A DNA stretch of 64,000 nt from Camelus ferus (taxonomy: Eukaryota): NCBI RefSeq assembly GCF_009834535.1, contig NC_045697.1, positions 110,238,001 through 110,302,000 on the forward strand, in the 5' to 3' direction. The notes below the pieces were generated by a model that was given only the letters and a program-made list of their open reading frames with translations, had not been told where the DNA came from and searched no databases. The position numbers and the translations under genes are program-made. Position 1 is the first letter of the stretch; each line of letters begins with the position of its first letter. This document shows, in pieces, positions 40,401 through 52,303 of the stretch.

Positions 40401-41401
40401 CATGTAGCCTAATTTTAGTATTTACAGCTATCAACTCTCCACCGTGTGATGCCAGCCATCTTCAGTTCTAGAACCAAGAACTAAGCAAAGTGCTGTTAAG
40501 TTATATACTGACTGTAATACACCCCACAGATGCAAGGCTATACCCCTCCTATTACATAGCCCAGCATATTATCTGATCATCTTTCCCAAGCAGGAAAAGG
40601 GGAAAGGAGGTAAAGCCAGCTGCTCGGTGTTGGGCAGCAGCTCAGTGGGGGCAAGGAGAAGAAGGGTACCGAAATGAGGTCCGAGCGAGAACTCTACAGC
40701 GCATCTCGAGTACCGAAAACAGGTCATCAAAGCAAAGCCAGAGGCATACACAGCACGTGCTAGGAACTACAATATAAAGGCAGCGAAAGTCAGATAATCT
40801 GGGAGGATGACCATTGGCTTGTAATCTAGACACATCCCGGAGACTGGTGCAAAGGACTGCTGTGGAAATCTCACATGCTTTCGGTGTGTGTGGACAGGCA
40901 GATCAGGTCCACTCAAAAGAGTCAGAAGAAGACAATCATATACAGCTAATACAATTCTATGACCATCAAAGCTGGCACACACAGTGTAAGGACATAAGCA
41001 TGTATGTAAGGTAAGCAATGAGAGTATGTCTGCAGTCAGGTGAGGGATAAACAATGCAATTCAGACCATAAAATTCCAAAGGATCAATGATAAAATAAAT
41101 GGAGGAAATAAACTTTATAGTAAATGTAATATAAATGCAAATAAAATGTAAAAACAATTAGAAAGTAAAAGCCTTGGCTAGTTGTAACCCATCTTAGTAA
41201 ATTTTTTTTCATTATGTAGCTCTTCAATACAATTTAACAAAAGTATTGATCTTCCAGTATATGAGACTGAGGACACTAGGAATTACAGGGGACTCAAATA
41301 CTATTAAATTGCAACTGCACAAGGTGATCACAATCCATCGTCTTACTAATACAAGTAAACCACCACAGCACCATAAAAAAAATTAAGAAAAGAGCTGCAC
41401 A

Positions 41402-42282
41402 TAATTATCAGAGAAATGCAAATCAGAACTACAATGAGGTATCACCTCACACCTGTCAGAATGGCCATCATTCAAAAGTCCACAAACAATAAATGCGAGA
41501 GAGGCTGTGGAGAAAAGGGAACCCTCCTACACTGCTGGTGGGAATGCAGTTTGGTGCAGCCACTGTGGAAAACAGTACGGAGATTCCTCAAAAGACTAGG
41601 AATAGACTTACCATATGACCCAGTCATCCCACTCCTGGGCATTTATCTGGAGGGAACTCTAATTCGAAAAGACACCTACATCCCAAGGTTCATAGCAGCA
41701 CTATTTACAATAGCCAAGACATGGAAACAACCTAAATGTACATCAACAGATGACTGGATAAAGAAGTTGTGATATATTTATACAATGGAATAGTACTCAG
41801 CCATAAAAAAGAATAAAATAATGCTATTTTCAGCAACATGGATGGACCTGGAGATCGTCATTCTAAGTGAAGTAAGTCAGAAAGAGAAAGAAAAATACCA
41901 TATAATATCATTCATATGTGGAATCTAGAAAAAGAAAAATGAAGACACTAATGAACTTATTTGCAAAACAGTAACAGATTCACGTAGCAAACAACCCTAT
42001 GGTTACTGCTGGGGAAGAGGGGGGTGGGAAGGGGTAAATTAGGAGTTCTAGATTTGCAAATATTAACTACTGTACATAAAATAGATAAACAACAAGTTTC
42101 TTCTGTATAGCACAGGGAATTATATTCAATATCTTGTAGTAACCTATAATGAAACAGAATCTGAAAATGAATAAACGCATGTATATGTATGACTGATACA
42201 TTATGCTGGACACCAGAAACTGACACACTGTAAACTGACTATACATCAATAAGGAAAGAAAAAGAAATTTAAAAAAAAAAAA
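41402..42282 (+). mobile_element. Young L1, 5'-truncated, with TSD
   Basis: [25 protein letters not shown]...LLHCWWEC...[30 protein letters not shown] / AAAAGAGCTGGACA. Confidence 0.94.
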
Positions 42283-43601
42283 AAAAGAGCTGGACAGAAC
42301 AAGGAAATATTTAGTGGGAGGAGGTGGCATCCACGATATACCTAAATCCCTCCAGTGTCAAGGACAGGCAACAGAAGACGAGGAATGATGTGAACAGATC
42401 TGGGATGATGACCACGGGTATAAATGAAGGGAGGGATGTAAGAAACACTAAAGGCCTTGGCAACTAGTGTGGTTAAATTTGGGGAGGAAATCAAAGGTGA
42501 TACTAAGATGTTAGGAAACACCTTCCTTAATAAAGTCTCTTACAGCCAAGGTTGCCATTAGGAGAGTGTCTTGAAAGAAGGGACCTCACACTATTCCTGA
42601 GAACCACCTTACCTCAGCATCCTTTGCCTTCATCACCACTCAGACTTCAGGAGACGGGTTGCCAGCCCTTCACACTTTGACTAAAGCTAATTAATCTTCC
42701 CTTACGTCAGACCACCCGCGGGGGTGTTTTGGGGTCTCCATTTTTACCTCCACAAAGCTAATATATTTAAAAGACTTGGCTAGAAGCTAGGGGATTAATA
42801 AAAAGGACACAGGCCCAAAGGATAGAGTGACTCAGAAACAAAATATCGGTTGGTCCTTTTCGGTCCACGGAGCACAGGAGGAACCAGGCCTTCCCACCCC
42901 TCACGTCCTTCCCAGACGGTAGGTACTACTTCTAATGGCTGGCACTCCTCCTAGGTGGGTTCCTCAAAGTCAGACAGGGTGCCCATTCTGCTCCCCGCTG
43001 CCTCCCCAGCACCAAGACCACTTCCTGGAAGGTGCTAGGTACCCAGTAAATATTGTTCGTTGAATGCTGTTTATCCAATGAATGCTGTTGTTTGATTAAG
43101 TAAATGAATGAGTGAATGAACACAGTGCTGATACCAGGGGTGGGTATGAGAGAACAATCTGGTTATGGCATGTGTGTGATTCAGGTGTGAACACTGGAGT
43201 TATACTGTTTGAAGATCTGGTTACAAGATAAAGGCTGGAAGTGTAGCTCCCGTCATTGGATTTAGTGCAGGGTGGCGAGTGAGGTTTTGCCAAGAGGTTG
43301 ACGTTACGCTTTCTGACAGTGATCTGAAGAAAAAGAGACTCTTTCAGGCCAGACGGACACTAGGACTTGGAGTCACTCTGAGAACTGCAGAGGAGAAATC
43401 CCTTTCTGCCTTGACCATGAAAAATATTGAGAGATACTGAAAGGAGTTCCTGAGGGGTATGTTGTTAAGAAGGGGGTCTCCACATGGGGGGCCGTGGGAG
43501 GGGAAGAAATTAAGAAATCCAGATGAGTGCCCGCCACGTTGTGAAAACCCTTTGGTGCAAGAGGCAACAGAAAGAAGGTACGGTTATAAGAATGGATGTG
43601 A

Positions 43602-43787
43602 GGTGGGGAGGGTCTAGCTCAGTGGTAGAGCACATGCTTAGCATGCACAAGGTCCTGGATTCAATCTCCAGTCCTCCTCTAAAATTAAATACATAAATAA
43701 ACCTAATTACCTCCCCATTCAAAAAGTAAATTAAATAAATTTTTAAAATTTTTTAAAGAAATCAACAAGCATTGATTTAAAAAAAAA
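43602..43787 (+). mobile_element. Camelid tRNA-derived SINE
   Basis: A/B boxes and tail present. Degenerate TSD AAGAATGGATGTGA / AAGAATTGATCTAA. Confidence 0.88.
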
Positions 43788-45799
43788 AAGAATTGATCTA
43801 ATGGGATGAAGCAAAGCCCTGGGAGAAAGGAGAGGCTGCGAGAGCCAAAGGCCAGCTGGGGAGGTTTGTTTTTATAAAGTGACGTAAAGAAAGATGGAGA
43901 GAGTAAAGAGACAGAAAGCAGATGGAAGACACTCCGGGGAGGCTTACCTAGCAGTTAGGGGATTGTCAGCCAGAAAGTTCACCGAGCACAGAAATTCACA
44001 CAGCCGCTATGGCGAGGCGACAGGAGAGCCCAGGGTGTAAGAGGAGGTTCTGCAATCTTGAGAGGCTAGATTGCAGCAATTTCCAGAGATTCTAATCAGC
44101 ACCATTTAACACCACCTACAGCAGTACTTGGCAACCTGAAAGGTTTTCTGCCGTTGGAGACTGGAGTCCTACACTGAGCCAAGTTCAGCTTACCCTAATG
44201 GATCCACCGCATACCAAGTCTTAATGATGGGATAAACTCACACCCTGTGGCAGAATCGTCGCACAATTTTAGAAACAACTCTAACAAGAGAGGTTCTAAT
44301 CAAAGGAATCACAATTAACCCACCCTGCTTATTTTCCTTCGAATGAAGCCAAGTTGCACTGTTTCATACCAAGGTCTTTAAGGTCTTCCAGATGGAAGAA
44401 ATCTTGGAAATCATCTAGTCCAAACTCTCACCGATTACGACTTCAGTTTGAGACATCTGTGGCAGGAACTCTCAGGGCTCGCTGGCAGCCATGTGCTTCT
44501 CTCCATTCTCAGCCGCCTTCGCATACAGCTGAGGCCACGTGGCTAAGCTCTGACCTATGGGACAGTGCTGGACCTGATCTAAGTCACTCCCAGGCCTGGC
44601 CCTACCTTGGATGGAGAAGGACCAGCCAACCTGCATCGTATCAGACCCTGCTTGAGGCATAAATAAACTTCCATTATGCTATTCACCGGCATTTGCAGAT
44701 CTGTCTGTTTCAGCAGCAAGCATTAATTGATTCCCAAGCCTTCTTTTAATAACCTAGCAACTCAGTGAGCTGCCAATCATGCCAGAGAGAGAGATGGAGA
44801 TCACTATTGTCCACAGCTCCAAAGAATGAACAAAGAAAGGAGGAGTCAGGTAACTCGTTTTTACCACAGAGTAGCATCTCACTTACCTAAAGGTTATTAC
44901 TTGAGACATGACTTATAAAGGCTAAAGCTTCACCCACCCTGAGAGCCAGGAAATAAGCCACAGAGGGCTTAAAACAACCCAGCCTGAGAGCTAAATGGAG
45001 CTTTAGGGCTTCTCTCACTAGTTAGCCACAAAGGCTCTACTTGCTCAAGTTATCCTGGAGTAAATATGGTTTGTTATCTCACAGCAGATAAGAAATAGGA
45101 AATTGGAAGCCATAAGGAGTGGTGCCAGAAGGGTGCACGTCACAACATTCTGAGAGTGAAGCAGGGATCAGAACTTGGAAAGGCAACACATCCATAAAGC
45201 AGAGTAGAGAGCCCCAATTTATAAAGGATGACAGCACACAACTACTGCTGAGTCCTGAAGGCATCGCTGGAGGAGCTCAGCCCACATATGATAAAAATAA
45301 TTTGTCCTTCTCTAGCTCTTGGAAGCTTGCAAAGAAGGTAAGACAAAATGTAAGAAGTCTCTGAAAATGGTTACTCGAAACAGTTCAGTGTTTAAAGGCA
45401 AACACTTGCTTATTTGAAAAACTGATTTGTGAGGGCCACCTTACTTCCCCAGGATGCCACACACTGATGCTCAAAAACAGGAGATGTTGCCATTTGCACA
45501 CTGCTTAACAATAAAACTGAGTGAGAATGTCTGATTCTTCCCAAACCCATCTGGGTGCTCATATCCAGACTGAAGGAATTTGGGAGTCCAAAAGCAAAAT
45601 CAAGATCCAAATACCATGTGAAGTAGAAAGGACCTTATAGATCATTCAGTAAACGCCCCTGGCAGAAAGATTAGGTGACCAGAGGGCACCCATTCACGTC
45701 CGTGCAGAGGACACACTGAAGTCCATGTCCCCTGCCTTCGGAGCCAGGGTATAACTATCCACATCACAATCCTCCTTCCCTGTCCGTACTCATACCTTC

Positions 45800-48700
45800 T
45801 CCATCCCTTCCGTCCTTCCCCTCGATCCACAGGCCGGATGCACTCACCTGCAGGAAGCAGTGTCCGACTGGGGCGTGCTCAGGAAGGGTGGTGTTGTACA
45901 CCTGCCTCAGGAAGACGGGCTCGTTGTCATTCACGTCGTCCACGGCGATGCTCACCAGGCAGGTGGCGGAGAGCGGGGGCTCTCCGAGGTCCTGGGCCAC
46001 CACTTTCAGCTCTACCGCCTCCTGGATCTCTCGGTCCAGGCTCCGAGTGGTGCTGATCACACCGCTTTCGGGATCGATGGTGAAGGACGGTCCACACTCT
46101 GCGGTGGGCCTCAGAGCCTCTGGGCTGCAGCGAGCCTGGAGAGGGACCAGCGTGTACCGCAGTCGGGCATGGTCCGTGCCAGGCTCATCCGCATCCGAGG
46201 CGCTGACCCACAAGACCGCCGTGCCGGGGACCGCGGCCTCGGACACTGAGGCCCGGTAATGCTCCTGGCTGAAGAGAGGCGGCTGGTCATTGAGGTCAGC
46301 AACACGGAGCAGCAGCGTCTGCTCGGTGCTCAGCGGAGGGGATCCTGCATCCGTGGCCACCAGTCGCAAATCATACAGGTCTCGGCTCTCCCGGTCTAGG
46401 GGCCCCTCCACGCAAAGGAAGAATACTCCTGAGGAGCCTCCAGACCGAAGCGCAAAGGCTCCCTCCCCGCCCTCCAAGACCAGCGAGATGCTCCCGCCTT
46501 CTAAGCCCACGCCAAGTTCCCCTGCGGCCTCCTCTTCCTTCTCTGGGTCGCCATCCGCGTCGGACACCGAGACCCTAGCCACATAGTCGCCAGCTCGAGC
46601 GCCCTCGGAGACGCGCGCGGCGCCTCCCTCGGTGAGGAAAAGCAGATGAATGGCGGGCCGGTTGTCATTCACGTCCAGCACGGCGATGGACACGCGCACG
46701 GTGGCGACTTCCGGCTCGGCACCTCCGTCGCGGGCCTCGACCACCAGCTGGTGCCAGGCCTGCGCCTCGCGGTCCAGCGGCCTCTGCAGCCGCACCACGC
46801 CGCTCAGCTCGTCCACCGCGAAGTAGGCCGCGTCGCCCAGCGGCCCGCCGCTGCCACCCGCCCCCCCGGGAGCCTGCCGGGAGCGGATGCTGTAGCGCAC
46901 GTGGCCGTTGGGCCCCAGGTCACGGTCGGTGGCGCGCACGCGGCAGATCTCGGCGCCTGGCCGAGCGTCCTCGCGCACGGCGGCGCGGTACTCGCTCTGC
47001 TCAAAGACCGGCGGGTTGTCGTTCTCATCCAGCACCCGCAGCTCCACCCGCAGGTGGCCGGTGCGCCGCGGGCGACCGCCGTCCCACGCCTCTATCTGCA
47101 GTTCGTGTGCTGCCGCCGCCTCTCGGTCCAAGCGCCGCAGCAGCACCAGGTCTAGGGGCTCCAGGGGCGACGAGGCCGGCGGCGAAAGTGGTGACCCCGG
47201 GGTCCCGTAGCGCAACTGGAAGAATGGTCCTGCGGGGTCCTCGGAAAGCTCGGACGGCTGCACGAGGGTGTAGCCCTGTGTGCTGAACAACCCGGCATCG
47301 GGGTCTTCGGCGCCTGGCAGGCGGAAGGCGGTACCTGGCGGGCTGAGCTCGGAAATGTCGAGTTGCAGGGAGTCGCGGGGAAAGCGAGGCGAGTGGTCGT
47401 TCACGTCGTTGACGCGGATCTCCACCTGCACCACGGCGCCCAGCAGTGTGGCGGCCACGAAGGTATAGTGGTCCCGCCGCTCGCGGTCCAGGCGCCGAGC
47501 CGTGCGGATGATGCCCGTGTCCGGATGCACGTGGAAGTCGTCCAGCAGTGGGGAGTCATCCGAATCCTCCGACAGAAAGAAGCCGCCCCCCTCCTGCTGC
47601 TGCTGCGCGGCCGGCAGCCCGGCGCGGATGTCGCCGACTAGAGTGTTCGGAGGAAGCCCCTCGTCCACGGAAAGGCTGAGGTTGAACACCTGGGCGGATG
47701 AGCCTGAGGCCGCCCACAGCCACGCGTGCACGTAGAGCCCGAGCAGGAAGCGCTGCGCCCCGGCGCTGCCGCCGCCCGGCCGCCGGCAGGGAGCCCCTCT
47801 CCTCCCGGGAAGCAGGAGGCGCTTCCCGGCGAGAGCCCCCGGCTGCTGACGCCCTTCGCCCATCCTCCGCCCTGAAGGGCTCATTTCTCCGCCAGCTCCC
47901 GGGGAAGGCTCCCGGGTAACTGCCAGCTTGTGGCGGGATGGCAGGAAAATCCGGGAGCCTCTTCGGTGTCTCAGCCAAAGAAGAAAAGACTTTGTTTGGC
48001 AAACAAGCGAACAGACCCAGGAGTTCCCGAGGTTACATCTGCAACTGGTGAAAACGCCCTCCGCCTGCAGCTCGTGCAGACGGGGAGCGAAGCTCTAGCT
48101 GCCTCTGCCGCGGCAGCCACCTCTTCAGCCCCTGGATTTCTTTAAAGGAGTCTCTTTTTCTCTTTCCTTTTATTCCTTTTACATCTGTTCCTTATTCTGC
48201 TCGGCCGGTTGTTTCCCCCTGGTAAAGTCAGGTGCATTATTTCTTTTGCCAAAAGGATGAAATTATTTAAAGCGCGCACACACGAGGAGAGGATGGGGGT
48301 CGGGCCGAGGAAGGGGTGGAGTAAAGGCGGGAGGCCAGGAGTGAGGGCGCGGGGCCGGAGCGGAGGAGGGAGGGATGAAGAGAGAGAGGGAGTGGTACGC
48401 TGCTCCAGGGGTGGCCGCTCCCCGCCGCGTCTCCGGGCGCGGAGGACCGCACGGCTCCCTCTCCGACCCAGCCCCCGCGGACTCCCCTCCGCTCTCTTCC
48501 CTGCGCTGTGACGCGCCGCACACCCGGGCAAACTCCAACCTGCGAGTCACCGCTCTGCAGCAGTGCGCATTCGTGGCTGGGTCAGGGATGGAGGACGGGG
48601 GAGCCAAGGAAGAAGGACCCGGAGATTTGGGCCGTGGGGCGGGTGGGGGTCGCGCAGGCGGGGCTTCTGGCGCGGCTAAGCGTGCAAAGTGGCGAGGGGC

Positions 48701-49000
48701 GGGGGAAGGTGAGGAGAGCAGCCTCTCCACGCCCTCCCGGGCCGCATCCCCTTAACCGGCCCTTCAGCAGGCCTGACGCTTGGCTCCGGCTGAGCCAGAG
48801 GGTGGGGGTTACAATCACCTTGGGGAGCCAAACTTGTGTTCTCCATTTGGCGAGAGAGACTCGTCCCCAGCGGAAGGACAGATGGAGTCAAAGGCCGATG
48901 CGCAGCTGGGGCCAGGATGACTGCAAAGCGGGGAGAGGCGGAACTTGGAAAAACCTTCGAGAAAACCGGGGGAATATGTGACACACATGGTGGAAACCAG
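45800..49000. promoter_or_regulatory. DCHS2: CpG island covering DCHS2 exon 1, 5' leader and promoter
   Basis: Very high GC and CpG density compared with the AT-rich flanks. GC boxes GGGGCGGG at 48636-48643 and GGGGCGGGGG at 48696-48705. The exact TSS cannot be determined from sequence. Confidence 0.9.
45848..47884 (-). CDS. DCHS2: Dachsous cadherin-related 2 (protocadherin-23), first coding exon (679 codons, phase-0 donor)
   Basis: ORF 45764..47884(-) begins MSPSGRRMGEGRQQ, has a hydrophobic signal segment (FLLGLYVHAWLWAASGSSAQ), and carries cadherin Ca-binding motifs LDRE x5 and DxNDxxP x5 (DVNDHSP, DENDNPP, DVNDNRP, DLNDQPP, DVNDNEP). The sequence is recognisable as the DCHS2 N-terminus. 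A consensus donor CAG|GTGAGT follows ...GHCFLQ (GT at 45847-45846), and 47884-45848+1 = 2037 nt, which is in frame. Confidence 0.96.
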
Positions 49001-49987
49001 GCTTTATTATGCCGCTCAACGACTCGGGACGTGTGAGTCTTGTCACTCCCCTCTGGAATGACAATAGATTCGGCTTGCGAACACTTTTTTTTTTAATGCA
49101 TTCAGCACCATCACACCACTTCCAGGATGTTTTACAATGCTGATTTATGGGCATAAAGAAGGGGTGGCCGAGGCCCATCACCCCCCAGCGCTGAGCCGTC
49201 ACCTCTGAGCAGGGAAGTTGGCAGGCAGGGCAACTACTGATACCACTTGCAAAATAGCTTGTGTCTGAGCCCAAGAAAAATGCCAATAAATAAATTGTCA
49301 TGGACGCAGGTTTCCTTTCAATTATCCGTAATGATAGGTAGAAATTGATAGATGGCCTATAATAAAAAATGCCGGAGGAAGGACTCTCTGCCCTCTTAAG
49401 GATGGCTGGCCATATTTAGCAGATGGTTTCTGCAATTTTACATTTAGGCCAGAGGGAAGAATTAATTTCCTAGATACTGTTGCTCCCCTTTCAAGAGAAC
49501 CAAAAGCCCTGCACAGCATTCCTTGCAGCAACAGCAAGGTGCGTTTTTAATACATACAATCGCTAATCTACAGCAATATGATCATCTCTATGTCTGTTAA
49601 AATAATAATAAAACAATTTATTTTATAGCAGGCCCATGACATGTAAATGGAAACACTGTTAGAATAAATTCAGCTTCCTTTCACCAGGGAAGTCTCCTTA
49701 ACATTAAGGAGATCTGTTACAAATTTTTAGTCCCCTTCCCCTCAGCCTCTGCAATCTCGCCCTAACTAGTCCCCCTGCCTCCATTCTAGCATCCAGATTG
49801 ATATTTTTAAAACTAAGTCAAATCATGTGACACGCACCATCCACCCATCTCGGCTTAGAACCCCTCAGTGTATTTCCATTATACTTGGATTATATAATTC
49901 AGACTCTACCTGATGCCGTCTTACCCACCTTCCTGACCTCATCTTGCGTAGCACCACTGGGGATCCAGCTGCCCTGATCTTAGTATG

Positions 49988-50331
49988 AGTTAGGGACTGA
50001 ATGTTTGTGTCTCCCTCAAAATTCTTGTGTAGAAATCTTATACCTCTGTGTGATGGCTTTAGGAGGCCAGGCCTTTGGGAGGTGACTGGATGAGATAAGT
50101 CATGGGATTGTCGCCTTTCTCTGAGCGAGGCAAGAGCTTGGAGCTCTCACCACATGAAGGCAGAAGAAGCCAGAAGTCCGCAACCAGAAAGAGGACCTGC
50201 ACCAGAACCTGACCATGCTGGCACCCTGACCTCGGACTTCCAGCCTTCGGAACTGGGAGGGAGAAATTTCTTTGCTGATAATGCCGCCTTCCTATGGGCC
50301 TTTGTTACAGCAGCCTGATCAGGCTCAGGCA
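49988..50331 (+). mobile_element. MaLR LTR (MLT1A-like) inserted in an L2 fragment (~49.7-50.67 kb)
   Basis: GGACTGAATGTTTGTGTCTCCCTCAAAATTC...CCATGCTGGCACCCTGACCTCGGACTTCCAGCCT...TTGTTACAGCAGCC. Confidence 0.8.
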
Positions 50332-51249
50332 GTGCATCTGTTGTTAGAAGCTGCCTGTGCCTGGGAGTTACTGCTTCTGCTTGTCAGGGTTTGGTTCTTT
50401 CTCATTCAGGCCTCAGCTCAAGTACCAGTTGTTTAGAGACCTTCCTTGGCCGCCCGACCTACCTCAAGTAGCTTCTCCACCGTAAACCCTATATCCTCAT
50501 GTTAGATTTGATCCACAGCATCTGAAAGTAGCTTGTTTTATTCATTTGTTTACTAGACTGTTGTGATCTCCACCCTTTTATGCACTTTAAGTGTGGCTTT
50601 ATGCCAGAAGGTAGACCAGTAACTACCACATAGTGAGTTTCTATTCACTAAATTTCTACTGGATGATTGGATGGAGAGTGGATTGAACTGGAGAGTAGAT
50701 GGAGAGCTAATCTGTTGAAGGAGGGATTGGAAGCCATGACTCAGAATTAACTGGCCTGAGATCTTTCACGGTGATGGACTGTATCTTCCTAATTTACTCA
50801 TTTTGATCATTCCGGGGAGCTTCTTGAACTTCTTTTCAAACTTCTTCAACTTATTTTGCAAACAGTATTGTTATCAGATATTTACTTGAGTCTCAAAATA
50901 AAGGAAAAGCAGCTAGTTTTTCTGCATCATTCACTGACACATTCATTGTAAACAGTGGTTGGTTTAGAAACAAACAGAAAATGAGGAATGTCAAACATCT
51001 ATTTTCCAGTTCATTTCAGCGTGTGCAATTCGAGGTCTCCTGCCCATTTGACAATAACCTTCGTTGAATGCTCTGAACAGCATTCCCAGCATTAAGAATT
51101 CAATTTCATTGAGTAAAAGAAATAAAAGCATTTCTCAAATATGCCAAAAATAATTTTAGATAGCATGGAAGCCAACAGTCTGCAACAAATAGGGCCAGAT
51201 CTGACCTTCTTCAGAGAGACATTGCAGTCAACTGGCAAGAATTTGGGTT

Positions 51250-51910
51250 TTGAAGCTGGTTGCCACCTTGGTTTTGCTCTGTAATTTTGGGCAAGTTATT
51301 TCAACCTTGTTAAGCCTCAGTTTCGCCTTCTCTAAGTTGAGGATTATAATATCTAGCTTACAGGGATCTTATGAGCCTTAAATGAGACAACATGCATGTG
51401 GACTAGCACGTAGAAAGCATTCCACAAATATTACTTCTTTTGCCCTCCGTTGTTTGTGTGAGGAAATATTTTAGGGGTGCAGTGTTTTGGGATTCTCAGT
51501 AATATCAAACTCTGGCTTCTTAGCCTCCTTGAGGGTGTGGAGAGGGAAGTCAAATTCTTACTATTATGAACACAAACTATCATGGGCAGGAAGGCCCAGA
51601 GCAGATCTTCCCCTGGAGTTACTTGGTTTAATAGTCCAGGAATTCTGTCTTCAAAAACATTTTCTCCCAGACTGCAGATGTTCCTTCACTTGTAATAGTT
51701 AATTTCAATGGTCAAATAGTAATTAAGACCTAAAGCATCTCATATTAACCCTTTAGGAAAGGAATTATAATTATTATCCCCATCTTAAAGATAAAGAGAC
51801 CAAGGTTCAGGGCATTGCAAGTAATTCAACGAAAGTCACAAAGATCTCAGTGGTGGAACTGGAATCTGAACCTAGATGGTGGTGCTTCAGCGTCCCTGGT
51901 CTTCTGAGCT
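51250..51910. mobile_element. Two MIR SINEs in opposite orientation (~51250-51435 +, ~51735-51910 -)
   Basis: TTGGGCAAGTTATTTCAACC...GCCTCAGTTTC and ATTATCCCCATCTTAAAGATAAAGAGACCAAGGTTCAG cores. Confidence 0.65.
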
Positions 51911-52303
51911 CTCACTGATCACTTATCATCTCTGTAGTTTTCTGCTTAAAACAGACTGTCTTGCTTCTGAATTCTCATTGAAATCACTATAAGAAGATAG
52001 TAAGAGTTTTGGAAAGACCTGGGAGAACGACGAAAGAAGAACTTTGGACAACACGTTTGGGTGAACGGTGGGTTGGCCCAGGAGAACAACCACATGGGTT
52101 GACTACTTGAGAATGCAACAGAAAGAAACCAACCATTTAGAAATGGTACTTAAAGCAAGTGAGGAGGAATTCTGTGGAATATGGAGGGCTTCTTCCCAAG
52201 GGGAAGACCCTCTGAGGTCAGGAAGGACACTGACTGCAAGGAGTACCATCGTTGGCTCATACATCATCTTTCTAAAAGGATGAACTGAAGAGTGTATGGA
52301 GCT

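Larger units (their letters stand above)
1..45847 (-). other. DCHS2: DCHS2 intron 1 (5' portion; continues beyond window start)
   Basis: Starts at the GTGAGT donor. No further cadherin-coding exon was seen, and the sequence is repeat-rich and non-coding. Confidence 0.85.

Noticed and set aside
3643..43787. tRNA-like sequences (TAGCTCAGTGGTAGAGC...GGTTCAATCCC)
   Set aside because: They are SINE heads with A-rich tails and TSDs, not tRNA genes.
45838..48984. Many overlapping antisense and alternative-frame ORFs
   Set aside because: Expected in GC-rich CpG-island and coding sequence, where stop codons are rare.
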